Assembly (NCBI GenBank): GCA_046759445.1 | Contig: JBHICG010000044.1 | Span: forward strand, 1-27,762 | DNA: 27,762 nucleotides | Direction: 5' to 3' | Origin: Candidatus Scalinduaceae bacterium | GTDB taxonomy: Bacteria > Planctomycetota > Brocadiia > Brocadiales > Scalinduaceae | Shown here: piece after piece, positions 1 to 9,279 of the stretch | How positions within the stretch are numbered: the stretch's first letter is position 1 | Layout: each line of letters begins with the position of its first letter | Notes under the pieces: model-generated | Databases searched by the model: none | What the model was told of the DNA's origin: nothing | The model's input: only the letters and a program-made list of their open reading frames with translations | Position numbers and translations under genes: made by a program

Positions 1-199
1 ACACAATATACTACATCTTGCATCTACGGCAGTCAACCGGATAAGCCTATAAAATAATATTAAATACAAACATACTAAGGCAATTAATGCTAGAAAAATT
101 TAACCCTCCCACTTAATACCTTCCAGTTTTTTATTTCCCACATATAGCGTCTTAATATCTCATGTGAATGAAGATAATGTCTCATTCGAATTTTATATA

Positions 200-249
200 T
201 TACTATATATAGTAAAAAAACAAGAAAAATATACAATATTTTGTATATT
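200..249. repeat. Two palindromes (candidate operators) upstream of the small RHH-like gene
   Basis: Perfect 16-bp palindrome TTACTATATATAGTAA (200-215); inverted repeat AATATACAA-N4-TTGTATATT (228-249) ending 4 bp before a TTGACA box. AT-rich, so chance cannot be excluded. Confidence 0.4.
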
Positions 250-253
250 ATTC

Positions 254-284
254 TTGACAAATAGTTTTGTTTTTGTTATACGAT
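254..284 (+). promoter_or_regulatory. Putative sigma70 promoter
   Basis: TTGACA at 254-259; -10 is either TGn-TATACG (277-282, 17-bp spacer) or TACGAT (279-284, 19-bp spacer). Confidence 0.45.
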
Positions 285-338
285 GCAAGTAAAGGCAAGG
301 TAAGTCAAAGTAAATTGATTAGATTTGAAAGGTAAGAA

Positions 339-521
339 ATGGGTAAATGTTTGCAGATATACTATGATGAAAAAAGGGATGGAGACATCAAAGGATTGAT
401 TCAAGAATTAAGGAAAACCAAAAATTCTCCTTATTACAAGCGTAGGTCAGATAGCGAGGTAGCTCTGATATTATTAAGTAAGGCACTAAAAAGTGAGGTT
501 AAAAAGTTTAGGGATACATAA
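339..521 (+). CDS. Small basic hypothetical protein, possibly ribbon-helix-helix DNA-binding
   Basis: 60-aa ORF with GAAAGG RBS; N-terminal strand-like CLQIYY, a helix, then S-x-S-E-V-A helix cap as in RHH proteins. Confidence 0.55.
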   Translation: MGKCLQIYYDEKRDGDIKGLIQELRKTKNSPYYKRRSDSEVALILLSKALKSEVKKFRDT

Positions 522-590
522 AATTATGATAAAAGAACACAAAAACAACCAAGAATATCAAGCTAACATTTGGTTTTTTCAAAAATTAAT

Positions 591-784
591 TGAGTACGGG
601 GGTAAATGTGACCGGAGCCTTCATCTCCGCGACTTCAAGCCTCGCCCTCCCGTGTGCTGTCACAGTGTAATCGGGCTTTGCCGTACTCATTTCGGCGGGG
701 GTCTTTCTCCTTTCCCCCCTCGCCAACTGACGGCAGAAGGGCTTTTGAAAGTTAATCTTATGCAAAAAGTCCTTTTCTGCCGTC
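591..784. ncRNA. Candidate structured non-coding RNA (three stem domains), family unrecognised
   Basis: About 59% GC over 591-740 (89/150 counted) in an AT-rich context. Stems: 591-599/681-689, 607-612/659-664, 613-617/625-629, 694-701/717-724, 729-747/763-784. Confidence 0.6.
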
Positions 785-1000
785 GATAAACATCTTATGC
801 TTTGTTTTGATCAATACAAAATCCACTAAGCATAAGGACTTACTATGGTTTAATCTTTACTTTTTGAATCCTATTTGGAGTATTGTGTTATGCTTTTTTA
901 GTAAATTACTTCTATAGAAAAAAACTCTCCAATTTACACATATTCTTAAAATGGAATATTTTAAAAACCAGTCAAAACACAAGTTTAGAAAGGACAAAAA

Positions 1001-1135
1001 ATGGCAAAAAAGATAAGTAAAAAAACCAGCCCCAAAGCAAAAACTCCCCTCAAGAAAAAAACCAAACCGAATACAAAAATTAAGAAGAAAACTCAGAAAA
1101 CAAAGCCATTTATAGATTTAAAACAGAATGTATAA
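1001..1135 (+). CDS. 44-aa lysine-rich peptide (histone H1-like composition) or N-terminal gene remnant
   Basis: AGAAAGGA RBS just upstream; translates MAKKISKKTSPKAKTPLKKKTKPNTKIKKKTQKTKPFIDLKQNV; shorter than any ORF in the supplied track. Confidence 0.5.
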   Translation: MAKKISKKTSPKAKTPLKKKTKPNTKIKKKTQKTKPFIDLKQNV

Positions 1136-1566
1136 GGTTTGAGGCTCCTTATCAGTTTCAAGAAAAATATTTACTTAACAAATCCAAATCTCCTATTCTA
1201 TAGAGTCTTAGTTTCCGTATCGGTAATTTTCCAGTACCAAAAACAACCACAGACAACTCCACTCACCCACAACTTTACGATAATATCGAATGACTAATGA
1301 GCCAACCAAGAATAACACTTACAACCCTTCTTATTACAACGAGTTAAAAATCAGTTAAGCAAATATAAGCTATCAACGCATATGGTACCAGAAAATTATA
1401 TATTCTATTCTTCTTATAATATGTCAAGCCTATTAATTATATTATTTTTTCTATACTGCTTCCATTTAAAGCAAAAACCTTTTGATTTTTTACAGAAATT
1501 AATTATCTTTAATCCCAATTTGTTTAGTTAAAATTAAGTTTATTGTAAAATAGATTGGAGGTAAAG

Positions 1567-2052
1567 ATGTTACTTAATAAATTAGTTTTAGTTGTTCATT
1601 GGCTTCATCTTTCTGCTTCTGCCCTATTGATAGGAGGTATGGTATTTCTTGTAACTGTATTAAGTCCTATACTGAGAAGAAATTCTTCTGCTTCTGGAAT
1701 AGGAACTTTAGCATATGAAATTCATGAAAGATTTCGCAAATATGTTGGTATATTAATAGGAGTAATTATTCTTACGGGAATCATTAATTCTTTTAACAGT
1801 ATTATAACTGGTATAGAAACCAGCTTAGGTGCAGGATATATAACTATTATAAGAATAAAGGTTTTTTTAGCAATTTGTCTTTTTATAATCTACGGTGTTA
1901 ATGCTTTTTTGATAAAAGAACAGAAAGGGGACGAAGATGAAAGTTGCTCTTGTATAGTCCATCCCCCACTTTATAAGAAGATTTTACAGATAATTGCATT
2001 GTTATTAGTTTTTGCAATACTTTTTCTAGCCGTTATATTAAGATTTTTGTAA
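1567..2052 (+). CDS. Four-TM membrane protein, CopD/DUF4149-like
   Basis: GGAGG RBS before ATG 1567; WLHLSA..LLIGGMVF motif, TGIIN, IK motif, four hydrophobic segments. Confidence 0.7.
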   Translation: MLLNKLVLVVHWLHLSASALLIGGMVFLVTVLSPILRRNSSASGIGTLAYEIHERFRKYVGILIGVIILTGIINSFNSIITGIETSLGAGYITIIRIKVFLAICLFIIYGVNAFLIKEQKGDEDESCSCIVHPPLYKKILQIIALLLVFAILFLAVILRFL

Positions 2053-2221
2053 ATTAATCAGCAACTATAAGTAAATAATTTATGTCAGTCAACCGATTTC
2101 GCAAAAAATTTAAATAACCACAATTTTTCTTAAGTACTTTTTTTGCTCATCCATTAAATTTTTTAGACAAAATTTTACATTTCCTATTAATTTATCAAGG
2201 TTTAACAGATTTAAAAAACCC

Positions 2222-2249
2222 TTGACTTTTATAATATGCAAAGTAGAAT
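2222..2249 (+). promoter_or_regulatory. Putative sigma70 promoter of the queD-clpC run
   Basis: TTGACT (2222-2227), 16 bp, TAGAAT (2244-2249), 40 bp upstream of queD. Confidence 0.55.
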
Positions 2250-2288
2250 TAATTCAAGGTTTTTGAGATATTTCCGATAAAGAAAGTA

Positions 2289-2654
2289 ATGTATGAACTA
2301 GTAGTGCAAAAATCATTTGCAGGTGCGCACTCCTTGCGTGATTACGATGGAGAATGTGAAAAGTTACATGGACATAACTGGAAGGTAGAAGTAACACTTA
2401 AGGCTAGAACATTAAATAAGCAAGGTATGGTTGTTGATTTCAAAATTGTTAAAAAGACACTTGAAGAGATACTTTCTCGTTTTGATCATTCCTATTTAAA
2501 TGAACTTAAAGAATTTTATCAAGATAATCCTACGACTGAAAATGTTTCAAAAATAGTGTACGATAATTTAAACAAAAAGTTGCCACCTGAAGTATCAGTT
2601 GCAAAAGTAAGAACCTGGGAATCTGAAAATTGTGCTGCAGCGTATTATGCATGA
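2289..2654 (+). CDS. queD: 6-carboxy-5,6,7,8-tetrahydropterin synthase
   Basis: F..AH.L, C..LHGHNW, G.V.DF, FDH..LN, NPTTEN, WES motifs. Confidence 0.95.
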   Translation: MYELVVQKSFAGAHSLRDYDGECEKLHGHNWKVEVTLKARTLNKQGMVVDFKIVKKTLEEILSRFDHSYLNELKEFYQDNPTTENVSKIVYDNLNKKLPPEVSVAKVRTWESENCAAAYYA

Positions 2655-2675
2655 ACTGTTCTTTTACAAGTTATT

Positions 2676-3980
2676 GTGAAAACCAATCTTGACTCTCCAA
2701 TCCTTCAAGTAGCTTTAGATTTTATAAACTTAAAACGTGCTGTAAACATAGCTAAAGAAGCTATAGATGCAGGAGCCGATTGGCTTGAAGCAGGTACGCC
2801 TTTAATTAAAAGTGAAGGGTTGGATTCTGTCAGAGTCCTTAAAAAAGAATTCCCATCCACAACAATAGTTGCTGATATGAAGACGATGGATGCAGGACGT
2901 ATTGAAATGGAAACGGCAGCAAAGGCGGGTGCAGATATTGCTGTTGTACTGGGCGAAGCATCAGACGGAACAATAAAGGAATGTATTAATGCAGGAAGAA
3001 ATTATGGTATAAAAATATTGGTAGATTTTCTTTCTGCCACTGATTGTACTGATCGAGCTATAATGGTTGAAAAATGGGGAGCTGATTTCATAGGTGTTCA
3101 CACTGCTATTGACGACCAAATGTTGGGATGCTATCCGTTCGAAAGACTTTCAAGAATTTGCTCTAAAGTTAATATACCTGTTGCTGTTGCGGGAGGAATT
3201 AATTCAGAAACGTCATTGTATGCAATAAAATCAGGCGCAAGAATTATAATAGTGGGTGGTGCAATATGCAAGGCAACTGACATAAAAGTTGCTACTGCTA
3301 ATTTGAAAAAGGCAATCCAAGATAAGAAGAGGATAACCTCTAGCCTTTTTAAAAGGGTTTCAAATGGGGATATCCGTAAGATATTAGAGAAGGTTTCAAC
3401 AGCAAATATATCAAATGGGAGTCATCGTAAAAAAGGCATAACGGGATTCCAATGCATAAGCCTTAAAAATAAGATGATTGGACAAGCTGTAACAGTCCGT
3501 ACATATCCTGGTGATTGGGCAAAACCAGTTGAAGCAATAGATAAAGCCGAAAAAGGGGACGTAATAGTAATTGATTCTGGAGGTGTTGGACCCGCTGTTT
3601 GGGGCGAACTTGCAACACACAGTGCTATACAGCGGGAGATCTCTGGTGTTATAGTAAACGGAGCAATTCGAGATAGTAATGAAATAAAGAGCTTGAGTTT
3701 TCCTGCTTTCGCAAAATTAGTAATGCCAAATGCAGGGGAACCCAAAGGCTTTGGCGAAATTGGCATACCCATAAACATTTCAGGAATTACAATCAATCAT
3801 GGCGATTGGATTGTTGGTGACAATGACGGCATAATAGTAATACCAAAGCAGGAAGCAAAAGAAATGGCCAACCATGCAATGGATTGTTTAGAAAGGGAAA
3901 ACCGCATACGCAAGGAAATATCACAAGGAAAAACTTCTCTTGGAGAAGCAATGGAGTTGTTGAAGTGGGAAAAAAAATAA
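2676..3980 (+). CDS. hxlA: Fusion: 3-hexulose-6-phosphate synthase (OMPDC-fold) + RraA/HMG-aldolase domain
   Basis: N-terminal LQVALD, EAGTPLIKSEG, ADMKTMDAG, VAVAGGI; C-terminal G.AVTV, AVWGEL, GAIRD, GDWIVGDNDG. GTG start. Confidence 0.9.
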   Translation: MKTNLDSPILQVALDFINLKRAVNIAKEAIDAGADWLEAGTPLIKSEGLDSVRVLKKEFPSTTIVADMKTMDAGRIEMETAAKAGADIAVVLGEASDGTIKECINAGRNYGIKILVDFLSATDCTDRAIMVEKWGADFIGVHTAIDDQMLGCYPFERLSRICSKVNIPVAVAGGINSETSLYAIKSGARIIIVGGAICKATDIKVATANLKKAIQDKKRITSSLFKRVSNGDIRKILEKVSTANISNGSHRKKGITGFQCISLKNKMIGQAVTVRTYPGDWAKPVEAIDKAEKGDVIVIDSGGVGPAVWGELATHSAIQREISGVIVNGAIRDSNEIKSLSFPAFAKLVMPNAGEPKGFGEIGIPINISGITINHGDWIVGDNDGIIVIPKQEAKEMANHAMDCLERENRIRKEISQGKTSLGEAMELLKWEKK

Positions 3981-4002
3981 AAACTTTAAGGATTTAATAT
4001 AA

Positions 4003-4503
4003 ATGAAATGTGAATCGTGTAACAAAAAACTTGCGACCGTACATCTTACTGAAATAATAGGAAATGAAAAAAAAGAGAAGCATTTCTGCGAGGATTGTGC
4101 TCAAAATGTTACAAATCATTTCCCAAAAGCTCCTTCCCCATCAGATATCTTGACAAGTATTATTAACCAAGTATCTCCAGAAATTAGAGAAATGTCTAAA
4201 ACAACTTGTCCCGTTTGTGGTCTTTCTTACTTAGAGTTCAGGTCTCAGGGACGCTTAGGTTGTCCCATGGATTACAATATATTTAAGAAGGGCCTTTTGC
4301 CTCTTATCGAAAAGATGCACAGTGGTACTCAACATGTAGGCAAAATACCTTCAAATGCAAGCACAGAAGTTATTAAGAAAAATGAACTGATACAATTACG
4401 TAAAGAGTTGAACGAAGCTGTTGGAAAAGAGGATTACGAGAGAGCAGCACAAATAAGAGATAAAATTTATGAACTTTCAGGGAACATTGACGATGGAGAT
4501 TAA
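4003..4503 (+). CDS. mcsA: McsA, arginine kinase activator (CxxC motifs + UVR domain)
   Basis: CESC..ATVHLT, CEDCA, CPVCG, GRLGC, H.GKIP, EDYERAAQIRD. Confidence 0.93.
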   Translation: MKCESCNKKLATVHLTEIIGNEKKEKHFCEDCAQNVTNHFPKAPSPSDILTSIINQVSPEIREMSKTTCPVCGLSYLEFRSQGRLGCPMDYNIFKKGLLPLIEKMHSGTQHVGKIPSNASTEVIKKNELIQLRKELNEAVGKEDYERAAQIRDKIYELSGNIDDGD

Positions 4504-5545
4504 AGACCTTTCAGATAAAACTGGTGAATGGCTTAGAGGAAGTGGCAAAGAATCCGACATTGTAATAAGCAGCAGAATTCGTTTAGCAAGGAATATCACA
4601 GGATTTCCTTTCCTTTCGAGGTCTAACTTAAAACAAAAAAGAGAAATAGAATCCCTACTAAAAGAAACAATAAACAAATCAGACATAACAAAAGAGTTAT
4701 CTTATATCAATCTAAAAAATACTAATGTAGTCGACAAATTGTTTTTGGTTGAAAGACATTTAATCAGCAAAGAACACGCTGAGGGTGAGGGAGAAAGGGG
4801 AGTTGCTTTTGGGAAATCTGAAACCATCAGCTTGATGATAAACGAAGAAGACCACCTTAGAATACAGGTCATTCGTTCAGGCTTTGAGCTAAAAAACATC
4901 TGGACAATAATAGATGAAATTGACAACAATATTGGGGAAAATTTAAACTTTGCTTTTTCTTCAAGGTTTGGCTACTTAACTGCATGTCCAACAAATGTGG
5001 GAACAGGGATGAGAGCTTCAGTAATGTTGCATCTGCCAGCACTCGGCATGACAAAACACATAGAAAAAGTCTTTAATGCAGTAGGTAAACTTGGGTTAGT
5101 GGTAAGAGGCTTATATGGAGAAGGAACAAAGGTCTCTGGGGATCTGTATCAAATTTCAAATCAATTTACCTTAGGCAAATCAGAGAATGAGATATTGGAA
5201 ATAATAGAAAGCGTGATACCGCGTATTACAAGCTATGAAAGAATGGCTAGAAAAGCACTAATCTTAGAAAGTAAAGATCAATTAGAAGATAGAATTTGGC
5301 GTTCTTATGGTATGCTCAAGGTGGCGAGAATGATTACGTCTGAAGAAATATTACAATTACTTTCGCAAGTTAGAATGGGAGTTAATCTAGGTTTGATAAA
5401 CGATATTGAAATTAAAACACTAAATGAACTTTTTATTTTAACACTTCCAGGGCATCTGCAAAAATTGCAGGGTCGGGAACTGGATTCCACACAAAGGAAT
5501 ATCATTAGGGCTTCTTATGTAAGAAAGAGGCTTGAAGATTTATAA
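4493..5545 (+). CDS. mcsB: Protein arginine kinase McsB
   Basis: SSRIRLARN, NEEDHLR, GYLTACPTNVGTGMRASVMLHLP; second ATG (4493) chosen as start, overlapping the mcsA end. Confidence 0.95.
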   Translation: MEIKDLSDKTGEWLRGSGKESDIVISSRIRLARNITGFPFLSRSNLKQKREIESLLKETINKSDITKELSYINLKNTNVVDKLFLVERHLISKEHAEGEGERGVAFGKSETISLMINEEDHLRIQVIRSGFELKNIWTIIDEIDNNIGENLNFAFSSRFGYLTACPTNVGTGMRASVMLHLPALGMTKHIEKVFNAVGKLGLVVRGLYGEGTKVSGDLYQISNQFTLGKSENEILEIIESVIPRITSYERMARKALILESKDQLEDRIWRSYGMLKVARMITSEEILQLLSQVRMGVNLGLINDIEIKTLNELFILTLPGHLQKLQGRELDSTQRNIIRASYVRKRLEDL

Positions 5546-5560
5546 AAAAGGTGAATAAAA

Positions 5561-8026
5561 ATGTTTGATAAATTTACTGATAGAGCAAGAAAGGTAATGG
5601 CACTTGCCAGGGAAGAAGCAAAAAGGTTCAATCATGAATATATAGGAACTGAACACATTTTACTTGGTCTGGTGAAAGAAGGCAGTGGCGTTGCTGCAAA
5701 TGTCTTGCAAAACATGGATATAGATTTGAAAAAAATACGTCTAGAGGTCGAAAAGATAGTTCAAGCAGGACCAGACTTAGTTTCTGTTGGACAATTACCT
5801 TTTACCCCAAGGGTAAAGAAAGTATTGGAATATGCTATGGAAGAGGCAAGGGCTATGGGGCACAATTATATAGGCACTGAACATCAACTGCTCGGATTAC
5901 TAAGGGAACAGGAAGGAGTAGCTGCACAGGTATTATTAAACTTGGGTGTAAAGCTGGAGGATGTGAGAGAAGAAGTTGTTGAGCTTCTGGGAGCAGAAGT
6001 AGCTCAAGGGAATAAAGAGGAAAAGAGGGGAAAGTCAAAGACTCCTGCTCTAGATTCTTTTGGGCGTGATTTAACACAGCAAGCAAAAGAACAAGATCTA
6101 GATCCAGTAATTGGCAGAAAGTCAATAATTGAACGTTTGATTCAAATTCTTAGCCGACGAACAAAGAACAACCCAGTATTACTGGGAGAGGCCGGAGTCG
6201 GAAAGACTGCTATTGTGGAAGGATTGGCACAATCAGTAATAAGCGGAAATATTCCAGAACTTTTACGTGACAAGAGAATAGTGGCCCTAGATCTGGCAAT
6301 GATGGTAGCAGGTACAAAGTATCGTGGCCAATTTGAAGAAAGAATTAAAGCTGTAATGGCAGAAGTTCGTAGATCAAAAAACATAATTATTTTTATAGAC
6401 GAGCTACATACATTAGTAGGTGCAGGAGGAGCAGAAGGTGCAATAGATGCTTCTAATGTCTTAAAGCCTGCCCTTTCCAGAGGAGAAATACAATGCATTG
6501 GTGCAACCACACTTGATGAATACAGGAAGTATATCGAGAAAGATGGTGCCCTTGAAAGAAGGTTTCAAACAATAATTGTTGACCAACCCACAAAAGAGGA
6601 AACAGTTGAAATATTAAAAGGTTTAAGAGATAGATACGAAGCTCACCATAAAGTTCAAATATCAGACAATGCATTGAAGGCTGCTGCGGAGCTTGCGACA
6701 AGATATATTACTGGAAGATTTTTACCAGACAAGGCAATAGATATTATAGATGAGGCCGGTGCACGTGTGAGATTAAAAGCTACCACACACCCTCCGGATC
6801 TAAGACATATAGAGGAGGAGATAGAAAAACTTGAAAAGGAAAAAGATGAATCAGTAGCGGTGCAGGACTTTGAGAGAGCGGCAAAACAAAGGGACAAAAC
6901 GGACAAATTAAAAAAGAAGAAGAATAACATAGAAAAAGAATGGCGCGAAAAACATACAGAAATAGAAGGTGTGGTAGATGAAGATGTAATCACAGAAGTT
7001 GTCTCAACCATGACGGGAATACCGCTCAAACGTATGGAGGCAGAGGAAGCAAAAAAATTACTCAATCTTGAACAAGAGTTACAAAAAACTGTTGTTGGAC
7101 AGAACGAGGCAACTAGTGTAGTAGCTAAGGCTGTCAGAAGATCAAGAGCTGGCCTGAAAGATCCAAATAAGCCAATTGCCAGTTTTATTTTCATAGGGCT
7201 CTCAGGTGTAGGAAAAACCCTTCTATCAAAGGCTTTAGCGAAGTTTATGTTCGGAGAAGAAGACTCACTAGTTCAAATAGATATGTCTGAATATATGGAG
7301 AAACATAATGTATCAAGATTAATAGGCGCACCTCCCGGTTATATCGGTTTTGAGGAAGGAGGCCAACTGACTGAAAAGATACGAAGGCGTCCCTATGCTG
7401 TGGTACTTCTTGATGAAATAGAAAAGGCACATCCTGATGTATTTAACATGTTGTTACAAGTTATGGAGGAAGGAAGATTAACGGATAGTTTTGGTCGTCA
7501 TATCGATTTTCGTAACGTAATTTTAATAATGACTTCAAACATTGGTGGAGAAATAATCAAAGATATATCAAATTTAGGTTTCAAAAAAACTTCTGATGAA
7601 CAATCGTATGAATCTATGCGTGAACAATTGATACAGGCCGTAGAAAAACACTTTCGTCCAGAATTCCTTAACAGGGTAAATGATATTGCCGTGTTTAGGA
7701 ATCTTACAAAAGAGAACTTAAGAAAAATTGTTGAGATTGAACTAGAAGGTATACGTTCAAGGCTCAACAACTATAAGATAACACTCTCAATAACTAAGGA
7801 AGCAATAGATTTCCTAATTAATAAAAGCTATAAACCGCGTTTTGGTGCTCGTCCACTTCACAGAGCCATTGAAAATCTAATAGAAGACCCTCTCTCCGAA
7901 GAAATACTTAAGGGGAAATTCAAGGAAAAAGATTCTATTAGGGTAAAGTTGCGTGAAGGAAAACTGTTTTTTGAAGAAATGGCAATTGAGGGAGAATTAG
8001 TAACAACCCATTCAAATGACAAGTAA
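5561..8026 (+). CDS. clpC: ATP-dependent Clp protease ATP-binding subunit ClpC
   Basis: Clp N repeats, GEAGVGKT and GLSGVGKT Walker A motifs, UVR middle domain, LGF loop; follows mcsAB. Confidence 0.97.
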   Translation: MFDKFTDRARKVMALAREEAKRFNHEYIGTEHILLGLVKEGSGVAANVLQNMDIDLKKIRLEVEKIVQAGPDLVSVGQLPFTPRVKKVLEYAMEEARAMGHNYIGTEHQLLGLLREQEGVAAQVLLNLGVKLEDVREEVVELLGAEVAQGNKEEKRGKSKTPALDSFGRDLTQQAKEQDLDPVIGRKSIIERLIQILSRRTKNNPVLLGEAGVGKTAIVEGLAQSVISGNIPELLRDKRIVALDLAMMVAGTKYRGQFEERIKAVMAEVRRSKNIIIFIDELHTLVGAGGAEGAIDASNVLKPALSRGEIQCIGATTLDEYRKYIEKDGALERRFQTIIVDQPTKEETVEILKGLRDRYEAHHKVQISDNALKAAAELATRYITGRFLPDKAIDIIDEAGARVRLKATTHPPDLRHIEEEIEKLEKEKDESVAVQDFERAAKQRDKTDKLKKKKNNIEKEWREKHTEIEGVVDEDVITEVVSTMTGIPLKRMEAEEAKKLLNLEQELQKTVVGQNEATSVVAKAVRRSRAGLKDPNKPIASFIFIGLSGVGKTLLSKALAKFMFGEEDSLVQIDMSEYMEKHNVSRLIGAPPGYIGFEEGGQLTEKIRRRPYAVVLLDEIEKAHPDVFNMLLQVMEEGRLTDSFGRHIDFRNVILIMTSNIGGEIIKDISNLGFKKTSDEQSYESMREQLIQAVEKHFRPEFLNRVNDIAVFRNLTKENLRKIVEIELEGIRSRLNNYKITLSITKEAIDFLINKSYKPRFGARPLHRAIENLIEDPLSEEILKGKFKEKDSIRVKLREGKLFFEEMAIEGELVTTHSNDK

Positions 8027-8237
8027 TTAGTATCTGCAGAAACACTCTATATTGTCACCACAAACTCGTTTTCAGGGTCTTTTAACATCTTGACATACAA
8101 AGATCCTGAATTGAATTCAGGACACTGTTCAAGTGTGATTTTACTCAGCGAGTAAAATCACATAAGCAATTTTACTGTTGCGAAATTGTCAATGACATTT
8201 TTAGGCATTTTAAGCTTTCCACAAGAGATACTAATTA
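8024..8237. mobile_element. MITE-like element with terminal inverted repeats and REP-like internal palindromes (copy 1)
   Basis: TAATTAGTATCT (8024-8035) / AGATACTAATTA (8226-8237); internal TCCTGAATTGAATTCAGGA (8104-8122); homologous in inverted orientation to 26132-26310. Confidence 0.65.
8134..8162. terminator. Perfect 13-bp hairpin, possible terminator or stabiliser after clpC
   Basis: TGTGATTTTACTC-AGC-GAGTAAAATCACA; no clear U-tract. Confidence 0.35.
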
Positions 8238-9009
8238 GTAAATTGAAAAAATTGAATGGTTTTTAAAGGGGTAAAATACATCTTTTTTATTCAACTCAAA
8301 GGAATATTTGTTTGCAAGTCACTCCTTCTTACCAGTTTCTTTATACTTTCCATAAAATTACTTGCTCAAACCTGATTCTCAGCTGTAAAACACTAGCCTT
8401 ACTAACTTACATCCCAAAATATTTTTAAATTTTAAGATTTTCAAAAAACTGCATTTAAAGGCATAAAAACGTCTACCTTATGTTAATCCGTAAATCATAT
8501 CGTGTTGTCTTAGTCATCAGTCCATCGCCTAAAGAGAAAGGCATATACCACCTTCCATTTTATTGCCGAATTGCTATTGACAGATAACCTCATTAGATAC
8601 TGGTAATTAACCCACTCTCTTGTTATTGACCTAAAATTAGTTTCCTCAGCTAAGATGTACTCATCGTTAAACTGATATGTAAACTTACCATAAATGTCAC
8701 TCCCCGTGCTAATTCATCTTCTTCTATCCATGGTTACAGCATCTAAAATAGCCTTTTTTCATATCAACTTAGAGCATATAAGACATTTTCTTGGAATCAT
8801 TATATGCCAGTATCTACTGTTTTTATTCCAAAGTCAAATTGCATTAAAACTTACGGTAAAATAACGTTTTCACATGAAAAGGAAAAAATAAACATTATAT
8901 GCAAAAATTACTCATTAAATTTTTGCAATATGTCAAGACATGTATTTTGTTATTTCTATAAATATATATTAATCAAAAACTTAAACCAAATCTAAAAATA
9001 ATAAATTAT

Positions 9010-9024
9010 TGGCATAAATGTTGC
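9010..9024 (+). promoter_or_regulatory. sigma54 (-24/-12) promoter
   Basis: TGGCAT-AAATG-TTGC with exact GG-N10-GC spacing, 27 bp before ATG 9052. Confidence 0.75.
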
Positions 9025-9051
9025 TACTTTCAAACGTTAATGGAGGCTATT

Positions 9052-9279
9052 ATGTTTATGACAGAAAAAGAATTTGAAAGAAGAAATTTTCTAGACTGGT
9101 ATTGCAGGTATGCCACTCAAGAAGAAATTAAAAAAGCAAAAAAGATTAATAAAAAAGCAATAGAAAGATTAATTGCCGAATATGAAGATGAAATAGAAAA
9201 GATAAACAAGTCTAAACACATTTATGAATTAGTATTGAATTCGAAACAAACAATAAATGAATTCGGTCTGCATAAATAA
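9052..9279 (+). CDS. Small helical hypothetical protein
   Basis: GGAGG at 9042-9046 before ATG 9052; sigma54 promoter upstream; 3' end runs into the sodC remnant. Confidence 0.7.
   Translation: MFMTEKEFERRNFLDWYCRYATQEEIKKAKKINKKAIERLIAEYEDEIEKINKSKHIYELVLNSKQTINEFGLHK

Noticed and set aside
1..185. Minus-strand gene start at the window edge
   Set aside because: Candidate starts hit stops quickly; no recognisable product.
600..690. tRNA-Sec-like GACTTCAA
   Set aside because: No T-arm GTTCGA, no proper anticodon stem or acceptor/CCA end.
591..784. Retron msr/msd or phage C4-type RNA
   Set aside because: No reverse transcriptase in the window, the long hairpin lies outside the closing repeat, and C4 resemblance is limited to a few bases.
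493..789. 98-aa ORF overlapping the GC-rich island
   Set aside because: No RBS, overlaps the upstream gene, atypical composition; openness is explained by the GC-rich structured sequence.
1230..1430. Possible att site or element boundary and leftward promoter
   Set aside because: No tRNA fragment or direct-repeat partner visible; TTGACA lacks a correctly spaced -10.
8280..8995. Degraded minus-strand coding-like sequence and 63-aa ORF 8804-8995
   Set aside because: All frames are interrupted and no family is recognisable by eye; needs blastx. The short ORF lacks an RBS.
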